From the NCBI GenBank assembly GCA_951406725.2, contig OX597818.1, positions 44,578,001-44,642,000 of the forward strand: a DNA stretch of 64,000 nucleotides, written 5' to 3'. Below, in pieces: positions 52,605-64,000 of this stretch (position 1 is its first letter; every line of letters begins with the position of its first letter). The position numbers and the translations under genes were made by a program. This DNA comes from Octopus vulgaris (taxonomy: Eukaryota). The notes beneath the pieces are model-generated. The model ran no database searches. It saw only the letters and a program-made list of their open reading frames with translations, and was not told the origin of the DNA.

Positions 52605-52976
52605 GAAGCTTGTTTCTTAACCACATGGTTCCAGGTTCAGTCCCACCATGGGCAATGTCTTTTATTATAGCCTCAGGCTGACCAAAGCTTTATGAGTAGA
52701 TTTGGTAGATGGAAACTGAAAGAAGCCTGTCTTATGCATGTGTGTAGTTATGTATGTGTGTGTGAGAGAGAGTCTGTGTTTGTCCCCCACCATTGCTTGA
52801 CCACCAATGTTGATGTGTTTACGTCCCTGTAACTTAGCAGTTCGCCAAATTAGACCGATAGAATAAGTACTAGGCTAAGAAAGAATAAGTCTTGGGGTTG
52901 ATGTCTTTGACTAAAACCTTTTTAGGGCAGCACTCCGGCATGGCCACAGTCAAATGACTGAAATAAGTAAAAGAAT
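52605..52976 (+). mobile_element. SINE family A
   Basis: Colinear copy. Confidence 0.85.
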
Positions 52977-53697
52977 CAAAGAATATGTGTGTGAACCTGA
53001 GATGGTCAGCAGTGTGTGCTAGTTGATTAGTATGAAGAGCTGATTTGGTAGTCTGAAGGGACAGATCCAGCAATGTGAAGAGATGTGAATGATAAGATTC
53101 AGTAATTTGGTAGATACCTATTTGGCAAGAAACCAGTTTGTTGAGTTGCAATTAAGGAAGGTTGAGTGAAAACAAGATATAAGTTGTAAAAAATATATAT
53201 ATCTCACTTGATCCCTGGGTAATTTTCATGAACAAAAATAGAATTCAGAAAATTTTCTAGACATCTTTCTTAGTATTTATTGTTTTAGACATGACGTATT
53301 TCAACTACAGTATGTTTTGTGGTTATACAAGTATTTTGAAAACCTATTTTGTAGACCCAATTAGCATTGAGAATGCAAGCAGTTACAGAATTTCTTCAAG
53401 TGAAAAATAATATACAATCTTTTTTTTTATTTTCTTTTATATAAAAATTAAGAGTACTTGTTGCATATCACAGAATGTCAGTGAACTATGAACAATGGAA
53501 AGCTATGAAAATAAAGAACACAGAAATACTTGAAAAGGCATGACTAAAAGAAAATTAAAGTGTGACTTAAAATAAATTAGATCGCACACAAGGAATAATA
53601 CAGAAGAGGTGGAGAAATATGCATATTGTTTGTGTGTGTGTGTGTGCATACATACATACATACATACATACATACATACATACATACATACATACAT

Positions 53698-53897
53698 AAT
53701 ATCACTAAGCATTTCGCCCGGTGTTTCTTATTTCTTTACTGCCCACAAGGGGCTACACACAAAGGGGACAAACGGATTAGGTCGATTACATCAACCCCAG
53801 TCTATCTCGGCAGAATTTGAACACAGAATGTAGTGGCAGATGAAATACCGCTAAGCATTTCACCCAGTGTGCAAACGGTTCTGCCAGCTCACCACCT
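53698..53897 (-). mobile_element. SINE family B, internally deleted, with a partial second unit
   Basis: Homology to other family B copies. Confidence 0.8.
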
Positions 53898-54578
53898 TAG
53901 TATAGGAAAAATATTACTTTACCAATTTGCATATGTTAAAATACCACTTCCATATATAACGCATAACAATTTTATTAGCAGATGAGGAAGAGAAGCTTGG
54001 CCTAATTGATTGAAGTGTTTGGTGCCATCAAGAAGCCAAGCACATGTTCAGAACAAATGACAATTATGTAATGTCAAAAAAAATTGATAATCAGTTTACT
54101 TCCAGAGTGATTGTAAATTGTTTTTATTTAGAATAAAGAATCCAATTATCTATTATATATAAGTTGTCAGTGTCAATCAACTATCAGATTAATATCTGAT
54201 ATAAAAGGTAAATATTTTAGATTATGTTGCAAATATTGTAGATTCTTCTTCGTCATCATCATCGTCCTTATTTAGCATCTACTTTTTCATGTAGAATGGG
54301 TCAGACAGAATTCACTGAGGCAGATTTTTCTACAGCCAAATACCCTTCCTGCCAACAATTACCACCTGTTTCCCTACAGTTGTTTTTCCACAGAAAGCTA
54401 GAAAATAATAACCTTACTTGTATGATGGTGATGTTCATTTACAACCATCATGTGACATCTAGACAAGAGTACACACACACACACACACGTATATATATAT
54501 ATTGCCATGTTGAATTGCTAGCTTCTGCACGCATTTTTTTTTCTCTCCTTGTTTCTCTCCGAGTTTCTTTTCTGTGTA

Positions 54579-54616
54579 TCTTTCTGTTGAAGAGTGTAGG
54601 CTCGAAACGTAAAAGA
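54579..54616 (+). ncRNA. Minimal hammerhead fold, A6U variant (family E module 54500-54712)
   Basis: tcttt CTGTTGA a gagt gtag gctc GAAA cg TA aaaga; palindromic ACGT stem III, GUA site. Confidence 0.65.
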
Positions 54617-55011
54617 CTTGTTTTATTTATATTCCTGAGCGCCATACTAATACAATTGTTTGTTTGTACTCCACCTGCCTTCGTCTTTTGTTTATTTTCA
54701 TAAGCTTCCCGTTATATATATATATAACAAAGTAAAGTTGTTAGCTACACACCAGACAAAATGTCAGAAAGCCAGGTCAGTTTTTCCTCTACAACTTTTG
54801 TAAATTCTTAAATACATCTCCTTCTGTGTATATATATATACTACCTGAACTCAAAATACTTTTTGGAGTCCCATTCAGATTACTTTCAAAATACTTTCTT
54901 GTAAACTGTTCTTAGCATTTTCTTATTATTATCAAAGAATGTATATATGTATTTTAATACTTTTGTGATAAGCAGTACTTAACACAACAAAGCTCATACA
55001 AATCTTTACAT

Positions 55012-55057
55012 TTTACTTTTGACAATTTTTCTAAAAAAGTGAAACCGGTCAAGTGAA
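55012..55057 (+). ncRNA. Hammerhead fold with compensatory U3-A8 core and GUC site
   Basis: tttactt TTGACAA tttttctaaaaaagt GAAA ccgg TC aagtgaa: 7-bp stem I, palindromic ACCGGT stem III. Confidence 0.7.
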
Positions 55058-55091
55058 TAAACATCTTTAAAATTGCATTTTTCAAACCTTC

Positions 55092-55136
<45 letters not shown>

Positions 55137-55229
55137 ATCCAAACATGAAAACACAAAGAGAAAACAACGTGAGGACGTGGAACAAGTATAGTGTTATTGG
55201 ACACTCAGGAAAGGAAAGAAAGAAGGAGG

Positions 55230-55264
55230 ATTTAACATTTCGAGCAGAGCTCTTCGTCAGAAAC
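55230..55264 (-). ncRNA. Minimal hammerhead with canonical core (module 55133-55332)
   Basis: Minus strand reads gttt CTGACGA a gagc tct gctc GAAA tg TT aaat. Confidence 0.7.
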
Positions 55265-55340
55265 ATAGGAAAAGGAAAGGTCCAAGGAAGGGGAGACAGA
55301 GGAAAAATCACCAACGGTACACATGTGGTCACTAACACAC

Positions 55341-55581
55341 ATGCTATGTTTGAGACGTGTCAAACCAAGTGAAATCACAATCATAGCTGATGTCAGTGTT
55401 GCACAACTAGCACCCGTGCTGGTGGCACATAAGAAGCACCCATAGGAAGGACATCTAGCTGTAGGAACCATGTCAAATAAGACTGGAACCTGGTGCAGCT
55501 CCCTAGGTTACCACTTTTTCAGTCAAATCATCCAACCCATGCCAGCATGGAAAAACAGACACTAAATGATGATGATGATGA
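55341..55581 (+). mobile_element. RTE 3' end
   Basis: AMFETCQTK* followed by the UTR and (GAT)n tail. Confidence 0.8.
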
Positions 55582-55839
55582 TATATACGACAGTTCCTTT
55601 CAGTTTCTATCCCCCCAATCTGCATACAAGGCTTTGGTCAACCTGGGACTATAATAGATGACACTGTTCAAAATGCATCACATTAGCACAGAACCAAAAA
55701 CCACATGGTTAGGAAGCTAGATGCTTAACCATACAGTCATACTTGTGCTTAGCCACATCTACGTTTCTAAATTTCTTTGTCAAGTAGTCAGATATTTCAT
55801 AACATTTATTCTAGAAACTATCATTTTATTCCAGACTTT

Positions 55840-56242
55840 ACTCTTTTACTTGTTTCAGTCATCTGACAGTGGCCATGCTGGAGCACCACCTTTAGTCGAG
55901 CAAATCGACCCCAGGACTTATTCTTTGTAAGCCTAGTACTTATTTTATCGGTCGCTTTTGCCGAACCGCTAAGTTACGGTGATGTAAACACACCAGCATC
56001 AGTTGTCAAGCAATGTTGGGTGGGGGACAAACATAGACACACAAACATATACACATGCACATTTATGTATACATATATACGACGGGTTTCTTTCAGTTTC
56101 CGTCTATCAAATCCACTCACAAGGCTTTGGTCGGCCCGAGGCTATAGTAGTAGACACTTGTCCAAGGTGCCACGCAGTGGGACTGAACCCGGAACCATGT
56201 GGTTCGTAAACAAGCTACTTACCACACAGCCACTCCTACGCC
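55840..56242 (-). mobile_element. SINE family A (near-consensus)
   Basis: Full-length, CpG-rich copy. Confidence 0.92.
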
Positions 56243-56572
56243 TTTTAGAGAATCTATTTGCAAGTCATGTTACAAACATTGCCTCATCCCACTTCTGTTT
56301 AGTACAGTGCAGTATGAGTAAACTGATAATTTAGGTACTCTGGGATTTAAAATGGCAATCTTTTAGTAAGTGAACCATAGCTCTATCAGAGAGGCAAGCA
56401 AACACCTGGAACTATATTTCTAATATTTTAATGTAATATTTTCACATGAAATCTTTTTGCACTAAATGTTGATATGACAAATATAGTATTTCAACTGAAA
56501 AATCAAGTGAACCTCCAAGCAGAAAATAAAAATATTATTTTATATTTTTTAATATTTTTTAATATTTTTTAA

Positions 56573-56782
56573 GTTTCAGTCATTGGACTGTGGCCATGCT
56601 GGGGCACCACCTTGAAAAAGGTTTAGCTGAATAAATCGACTCCAGAGCTTTTTGTTTTTCTTGTTTTGAAGTTTAGTACTTATTAAGTTGATCACTTCTG
56701 CTAGAATGCTAAATTATGGGGACGTAAACAAACCAATACTGGTTGTGAAGGAATCGTTGGGGAGATCAAACATAAACACAAA

Positions 56783-56818
<36 letters not shown>

Positions 56819-56980
56819 TGTCATGAGCTTCCACAATTTTCATTTACCAAATTCACTGAGAAGGCATTGGTCAAATTGGGGCTATAACAGAAGGCACTTG
56901 CCCAAGATGTTATGCAGTGGGATTGAACCCCAAACCACAAGGTTGCAAAGTGAACTTCTTCATCACATTGCCATGCCTGC
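56573..56980 (-). mobile_element. SINE family A, diverged
   Basis: Colinear copy. Confidence 0.8.
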
Positions 56981-56983
56981 ATC

Positions 56984-57073
<90 letters not shown>

Positions 57074-57077
<4 letters not shown>

Positions 57078-57187
57078 CTGCTTGCTTAGCGAGCGGGGTG
57101 GCATCATTCGAAGGCTAAAACAATGCGAAAGCATTGTGACCAGTGATGTGTAACTACATCTGATGGACTGGTCGGTCACGTGATCAT

Positions 57188-57190
<3 letters not shown>
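57074..57190 (+). mobile_element. SINE family D 3' fragment between (TA)n tracts
   Basis: Same segment and same start (GGCCTGCT) as 2703-2808. Confidence 0.8.
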
Positions 57191-57226
<36 letters not shown>

Positions 57227-57230
<4 letters not shown>

Positions 57231-57446
57231 TTATTGCTCACAAAGGGCTAAACACAGAGGGGACAAACAAGGGGATTAAGTCGATTGCATTGACCCCAGT
57301 GCATAACTGGTACTTATTTTATTGACCTCGAAAGGATGAAAGGTAAAGTCGACCTCAGCGAAATTTGAACTCAGATCGTAACAACAGATGAAATACCGCT
57401 AAGAATTTCACTTGGCATGTTAATGTTTCTGCCAGCTCACTGCCTT
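57227..57446 (-). mobile_element. SINE family B
   Basis: Colinear copy. Confidence 0.88.
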
Positions 57447-57452
57447 ATATAT

Positions 57453-57680
57453 ATATTCTGTTGTGTCTGGGGAGAGTCATTTTCTTTTTGTGCCTTATTA
57501 TTTAACACACTCACAGGTAAAATTTCCACTTTTTTCTTATTTTTATTGTCCTAAAATTTTCATTGCGTCTTGCAACCTTAAGGCACAAAAAGAAAATGAC
57601 TCTCCCCAGACACAACAGAATATGCTTCAACACATGAACTCATATAAAGAATCTTGCAAACCAAATCCAAAAACGAAATA
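57453..57680. mobile_element. Family F module with internal inversion (45-bp IR at 57453-57497 and 57579-57623)
   Basis: Two orientations of the 62240-62438 sequence, joined inside the hammerhead fold. Confidence 0.85.
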
Positions 57681-58074
57681 TATATATATATTCTTATCAG
57701 ATTTGTGAAGCTGATGAAGTTGATGTTTAAATTCTAGGTTGATGTTTATAGAGAAAAGGTAGGCCAGGAAGCAGTTTCAAGAGTTTGCTGTTTAAGGAGA
57801 AAGGATTTCTCTTAAAACATATATTTTCCAAAAGATCAATAACTATAAAGGCTTTTTTCTTTTTAGTAATAATAAAGGTTTCTCACAGATGTGTTTTGTT
57901 ATAACGACAATCATTAATTTATTGATCACGGAAAACTGAAAAATCATCACAGCTGATCTTGCAAGCATTTCAGCACATAAGAGATACAAAAATTTTTATG
58001 ATCTTCACCTTGGGGAATACCTAATAATGGGTATCTTATATAAGCATGAACTATGAGGCTTTTAGATGAAGGAT

Positions 58075-58458
58075 ACCAGCATCACCTTAAAGTGCACCAT
58101 CCAAGCATGATCGTTGCCAGAGCAGCTATCTGGCCTCCGTGTTGGTGGCACGTAAAAGACACCATTCGAGTGTGATTGTTACCAGCATCGCCTTACTGGC
58201 ACCTGTGCCGGTGGCATGTGTAAAAGATTCGAGCAAGGTCGTTGCCAGTACTGCCTAACTGGCCTCGTGCCGGTGGCACGTATAAGCACCCACTACACTC
58301 TTGGAGTGGTTGGCATTAGGAAGGGCATCCAGCTGCAGAAACTCTGCCAGATCAGATTGGAGTCTGGTGCAGCCATCTGGTTTGCCAGCCCTCAGTAATA
58401 CGTCCAACCCATGCTAGCATGGAAAGCAGACGTTAAACGATGATGATGATGATGATGA
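58075..58458 (+). mobile_element. RTE 3' UTR with (GAT)n tail
   Basis: Conserved UTR. Confidence 0.88.
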
Positions 58459-58671
58459 TAATTATAAGTTATGATGCTCATAATTTTATGACTTTCTCTA
58501 GATTTTAAAAATATTAGTGAGCAGAAACTGGATCAAATATTTGTGTCACTAATAACTTACTTCTTTATTACATGGAAAAGCATGAAAATAAGGCAGTAAT
58601 ATTTCTGCCAACTGCATTATGCTTCACTTAATACTGTTATGCTATAGCATCTAAGGGACATGTCTATGGTT

Positions 58672-58960
58672 GGAGGCACATAGCCTAGTGGTTAGAGCAA
58701 CAGACTCACAGTCGATGGGTCACGGGGTGAAATCTCAGACTGGGTAATGTGTGTGTTTATAAGCTCCATGCAACTCCGACAGAAGGTAATGGCGAACTTC
58801 TGCTGACTCTTTCACCACAACTTTCTCTCACTCTTTCCTCCTGCATCTTGCAGTTCACCTGCGACGGACCGGCGTCCCGTCCGGGTGGAGAACCTATACA
58901 CCAAGGAAACCAGGAAACCAGCCCTTATGAGCCAGGCATGGCTTGAGAAGGAACAAACAA
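58672..58960 (+). mobile_element. SINE family D
   Basis: tRNA head and body homology. Confidence 0.85.
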
Positions 58961-59469
58961 ACATGTCTACAGTACAGCAGGAAGGAAAGACAACTGTGCT
59001 GTAAAGGGAATCGCAGATTACCAACAAGGATAAGAATAAGTATGTTCTAGAAAATGATAATAAAGTCTGTAAATATTGTGACTATTTCTATGCAGGTTTC
59101 CTAAAATGTACTAATTCTATTTGACGTAAGAATGGAAATTATTGATGTATTTTAACAATAACAACAGCACCATGATAATGATGATGATGATGATGATGCA
59201 ATTTCTATTGTTGAAGATAATTATTTTGTATGATCAAAAATGAAAAGCCACAAAGACAATGAAGTGAGGTTGTTATGGGACTTTTCTCTACAAAATAAAA
59301 CCAAAACAGAATAAAGCACAAGCCAAATATTGTAGCAGTTGGTAAGAAAAAAGAATAATTGATGTAGCATACTTATTTGGTATGGGAATCAAGAAACAGG
59401 AAAAAGGCAAAGTAGAGTATTTATTGACTGGGAGTGTGAAATTCTCAAACAGTAGAATAAAGAAAGTAA

Positions 59470-59874
59470 CAGGTTGTGAGCTTGCCAGTTATCATTGGGA
59501 CCTTGGGAACAGTGGCTAATAATTTGAGGTATGACTGTTGGAAAGTTAGATATTAATCTGGATCATCATCATTGTTCGACCGTGGTTAAGACAATGGAAT
59601 TTACTATGTTACGCCAGACTTCACGGTCCATCATAGCATTACGGAGGTCCTGTTGCTGGATGCCTGTATCCCAGGAGATTACATCAGGGTAGGAGAGTGT
59701 GTGCCCTCTGGTATCGTGAGCAGATGGCTTCCAGGGGAGAAGAATAAAAATTACCCCGTTTTCAGCTCTAAAACAATGTCCAGCAAAAATCTTAATCTGG
59801 AAGTAGGTGTAATACAGAAAGCCTGTTGGCTTGGTTCAATAAGAATAATCTGGGAAGTTCTTGATACAAAGTAA
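59470..59874 (+). mobile_element. R4/Dong-type LINE C-terminal remnant, interrupted
   Basis: LPVIIGTLGTV .. KLDINLE|VGVIQKACWLGSIRIIWEVLDTK*. Confidence 0.7.
59563..59791 (-). mobile_element. 5'-truncated RTE-type LINE 3' end with 10-bp TSD
   Basis: TTAATCTGGA at 59553-59562 and 59792-59801; minus strand encodes GHTLSYPDVISWDTGIQQQDLRNAMMDREVWRNIV, followed by a (TGA)n tail. Confidence 0.82.
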
Positions 59875-60391
59875 GGATTGACATGAACAGCATAAAAAGA
59901 CATTTATAGGAGAAGAAACAAAAGTTCTTCTTATCCTAGACTATGATTGTGATCTAATAGGAAGCATAAAAATAAATCAATTTCAACATTAATATCATGT
60001 CACAGAAAAACGACACTGGTGCCACCAACAGTGATCATGCTGTACTAGGCAATGACTCTCATGGCTCCTGATCTTAAGTAATTGGAACTGTTAACATGTA
60101 TATGTTCTATTTTGGTGTAAAAGATGGGCTACAGCAAACAGCAAATATTCTGCTCAATACCACAGATTTACTTCTCAGTTGCTTGACCATAATGAGTTGA
60201 GCATGTCCCTTAGTGGTTGACAATATGTGCATCTTTGATCATGAGCAGAAGTAGTGGGGGAGCATCATAGCCATGTGTTGAGAGGAATTCTTTGGGGTTT
60301 GAATAATTCATCCTTGAAAACATGGGTGTTTGGTTCATCATCCTTAACCCTTATTCAGGAACCTTTTGAGCAGAATGGGCTACTCAAAATT

Positions 60392-60500
60392 CTATTGGTC
60401 TCTTTTGTCAAACCACTTAGTTATGGGGGATGTAAACACACCTACACCAATTGTTAAGTGGTGATGAAGACAAAACACAAGCACAAAGACACACACACAA

Positions 60501-60565
<65 letters not shown>

Positions 60566-60790
60566 CAGGCAAGCAGGTAGGTACGTAGGCAGGTAGGTAA
60601 ATAGGCAGATAGGTAGATAGATAGATAGATAGATAACGGGCTTCTTTCGATTTCTGTCTACTAAATTCACTGACAAGGCTTTGGTTGGCTTGAAGTTATA
60701 ATAGGAGACACTAGCCCAAGATGTTACACAGTGGAACTGAACTAGGAATCATGTGCTTGGGAGGCAAACTTCTTACCACAAAGCCATGCC
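60392..60790 (-). mobile_element. SINE family A, 3'-truncated
   Basis: Colinear copy with an expanded internal microsatellite. Confidence 0.82.
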
Positions 60791-61887
60791 AGCACCAGGC
60801 ATATTTATATAGTATCATTTACTCTAACCATTTTCACTCCAGTTGCCAACATTTTGATAAATTTAATGGAGAAGAACAGTTCTTTCTCCACCATCACTTT
60901 CTTTTTCAAGTAGAAGTTCAGAAAGTTAATAAGAGCCCCATAATACTAACAAAAATAATATTATCAATGCTAATAATAATAATGGTTTCTGATCTAGATA
61001 CAAAGCCAGCAGTTTTGAAGAGAAGGGGTTAGTTGATCCATCCACCTCAATACATGACTGGTATTTTATTTTATTGATCATGAAAGACAAAGTTGACTTT
61101 GGAAGGATTTGAACTCAGATTGTAAAGATTTGGAACAAATGCAGCAAAGCCAATGCACTAATGATTCTGCCATTCCACCACATGAATAATAAAGATGAGG
61201 ATGATGATGACAATGATGATTATGATGATGGTAATGGAAAGAATCTATACTACGTAAAACTGAAAAAATAAAAAAAGGGAAGACGTATCCTTATGTCCTA
61301 ACTTAGTGAAATGATAAAAGAAGGGATTGAACATCAAAAGAAAAAAAATCCAAATAGCTAAAAAGAATATAATCGATATAATAAAAAGAATATTCCAGAA
61401 GCAATGTTTTTATCTTTTACCATTATGCATTGATAAACAATATTTACACAAACACACATCAATATGCAGGATAAGTTACTCTAAAAAAATGTGTTTCTTG
61501 CAGGAAAATAAAGAATATGTATCAAATACAAAAGAGATTGCACAGGGGTATTAAAATCAACTAACATAACACTAAAGGATATACTGATATGAACAGAAAT
61601 TCAAACATACACGGAAGGGATATGGTCAAAAGCATTCAACAGTTCTATCTTTGTTTATCACTGATTCCTTTATCACTGATCCATGGTAGCAAAATATATT
61701 CATTGTGAACCATGTTGCACCTATCATGAATTTTCCAGAGATAGCATGGATATGTCATCAGTCAAGGATTTTGCTTAGACCACAAAAGCAGCCTCAGCAA
61801 CCATCCACAATGCTCAGAACAAACTGGGGTCCCAGAAGGAAACATTCTTCTTAAATGTTCTATAATTAATGTATCACTGATACATTT

Positions 61888-62087
61888 AAGGTGGTGAGCT
61901 GGCGGAATTGATAGCATGCTGAGCATTTTACCCATCTTTACGATCTGAGTTCAAATGCCGCAGAAGTTGACTTTGTGTTTCATCCCTCTTGGGTCAATAA
62001 AATAAGTACCAGTTGAGTACTGAGGCTTATTTAATTGACTGATCCCCTCCACCAAACTTGCTGACCTTGGGCCAAAATTTGGAACCA
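61888..62087 (+). mobile_element. SINE family B with variant tail
   Basis: Homology to 44660-44873. Confidence 0.8.
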
Positions 62088-62239
62088 ATATATTACTGAT
62101 TCATTGAACATGGTGCTTTATTTTTAACGAAACACCTGTGATAAACAAGGACAGATACACTGCAAAAAGAGCAAAATAGTTCAGAAGGAAGAGGAAAAAC
62201 TATAATAGCACCAGGATGGTCTCCCATTGCTAGGAAAAA

Positions 62240-62437
62240 ACACACTCACTATTGAAAAGGTTGCAAGACACATGGAAAACTTTAGGAAAATAAAAATAAG
62301 AAATAAGTGGAAAATTTACCGGTGAGTGTGTTAAATTATAAGGCACAAAAAGAAAATGACTCTCCCCAGACACAACAGAATATGCTTCAACACATGAACT
62401 CATATAAAGAATCTTGCAAACCAAATCCCAAAATGAA

Positions 62438-62438
<1 letters not shown>
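62240..62438 (+). mobile_element. Family F module with U3-A8 hammerhead-like fold (62249-62285)
   Basis: cta TTGAAAA ggttgcaagacacatg GAAA ac TT tag. Confidence 0.7.
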
Positions 62439-62485
<47 letters not shown>

Positions 62486-63157
62486 GCGTGTGTGTGTGTG
62501 TGTGTTTGTGTTATATTGTATATATGCTATATAGAATAGTTTATAATAATTTATTGGTTTATGCAAAGACTTTAAAAGTATAGCAGTTTTATGTTGCTGG
62601 TGTTCGTTTAGCAAATTTGAATTTATATTTCATGAAGTGGGCAAATAAACAGAGATTGGAAATGATAAGAAATGCAATATAATTAGGTGTGCATAAGGAT
62701 AAGACAGAATAAATAAGAGGAGAAAATTTAGGTGTCTCATTAAGAGAAAATATGAAGGGAGTCAAGAAGGGGAAAAATGCAGAGACAGATTTAGACAAAA
62801 CTGAATGAGACTCAATTTGAAGAGTAAAGAAAGAAGTGGAAGCAAAGCAGAGGAAGCTCTTTCTGGTGTTATCAATTTTCAGATTATAAGGAAAATATGA
62901 AGAACTGGTGGAGGAAGCAAAATATTTGTTAGAGGAAGTGATATTATCTGAGCCAATAAAAGTGCTAATGTACTTAGTTTCTTAATTATCATAAGAACAT
63001 GCACAGACCCACTTCAATCAAAACAAGGGGGAGTGGATGGGGAAAGAATAAAATAATGAACCTTCGTTAACCTTAATGCTTGATTTAATTTAATTTATTA
63101 TGTTTTATGTTATTGCATTCCACTTAAGAGAATTTACAGATTTCTTCTTTTTTTGTC

Positions 63158-63552
63158 TCTCTTTTACTTGTTTCAGTCATTTGACTGCGGCCATGCTGGA
63201 GCACTGCCTTTAGTCGACCGAGCAAATCGACCCCAGGACTTATTCTTTGTAAGCCTAGTACTTATTCTATCAGATTCTTTTGCCCAAACGCTAAGTCACG
63301 GGGATGTAAACACACCAGCATCGGTTGTCAAGCGATGTTAGGGGGACAAACACAGACACACAAACATATACACACACATACATATATATGACGGGCTTCT
63401 TTCAGTTTCCGTCTACCAAATCCACTCACAAGGCTTTGGTTAGCCTGAGGCTATAGTAGAAGACACCTGCCCAACGTGCCACACAGTGGGACTGAACCTG
63501 GAACCATGTGGTTGGTAAGCAATCTACTTACCACACAGCCAATCCTATGCCT
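63158..63552 (-). mobile_element. SINE family A
   Basis: Full-length copy. Confidence 0.92.
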
Positions 63553-64000
63553 AGTTTGAATATGATGTTATAGCTACATTGAATTAGTAATGTAACAAGG
63601 AATTTCTTTTTGCTGTTGGCCAAGGAGAACACAGGAAAAGTTAACATGACATCCATGGGCCTTTCTTTCATATCCTTGACCCTTACAAAAATGGAATTAC
63701 AGAGAAGAAATGTAAGGAAATTAATTGAAGATGATAAATGTTTGTTGGTAGATTGAAGAGAGATTACTGAGAAGGATTAGAAAGGTAAGAAGTGTGAACA
63801 TGACAGGTTGTCTAACTAACTGAATATACTTCACTGAGGAGGTTTAATAATAATGAAACATGTTTGTTCCTTTCACTTGTCTTTAAAGATATGATACTGT
63901 TTGTAGTTTCTTCAAATATTGATCACTAAATCTCATTGATGTTTTCTCCTTGTTTGTTGCTTTTCATCATCATCATTGTCACTATTAATGTTGGTTTTCC

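Noticed and set aside
60040-60385. Segment resembling a conserved SINE central domain (Nin/Deu-like GTAGTGGGGGAGC)
   Set aside because: Single copy in the window with no visible Pol III head; it cannot be supported without a database search.

Overview
This is AT-rich, repeat-dominated eukaryotic DNA with no intact protein-coding gene. Almost every entry in the supplied ORF track is a translation of a (TA)n, (CA)n, (TATC)n, (TATG)n or (GAA)n microsatellite, or of a SINE. The repeat inventory resembles coleoid cephalopod (octopus-like) intronic or intergenic DNA; that assignment is from recall of the SINE motifs, not a search. Contents: three high-copy tRNA-headed SINE families (labelled A, B and D here); many 5'-truncated RTE-clade LINE 3' ends with (GAT)n tails; decayed CR1-type, RTE and R4/Dong-type LINE fragments; a mariner transposase pseudogene and a mariner MITE; TTAA piggyBac-type MITEs; a non-autonomous Helitron; and a 5S rRNA segment fused to an RTE tail. 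The main unexplained structure is a set of about a dozen minimal type-I hammerhead ribozyme folds, in short (TA)n-flanked modules that are often inverted-duplicated, one of them next to a Penelope-like RT remnant. Their cores show three Watson-Crick versions of the tertiary 3-8 pair (C3-G8, U3-A8, G3-C8) and a recurrent A6U substitution. Long hairpins and palindromes and a few weak exon candidates are also noted. Ribozyme, inverted-repeat and TSD coordinates were counted by hand; boundaries of decayed repeats are approximate.
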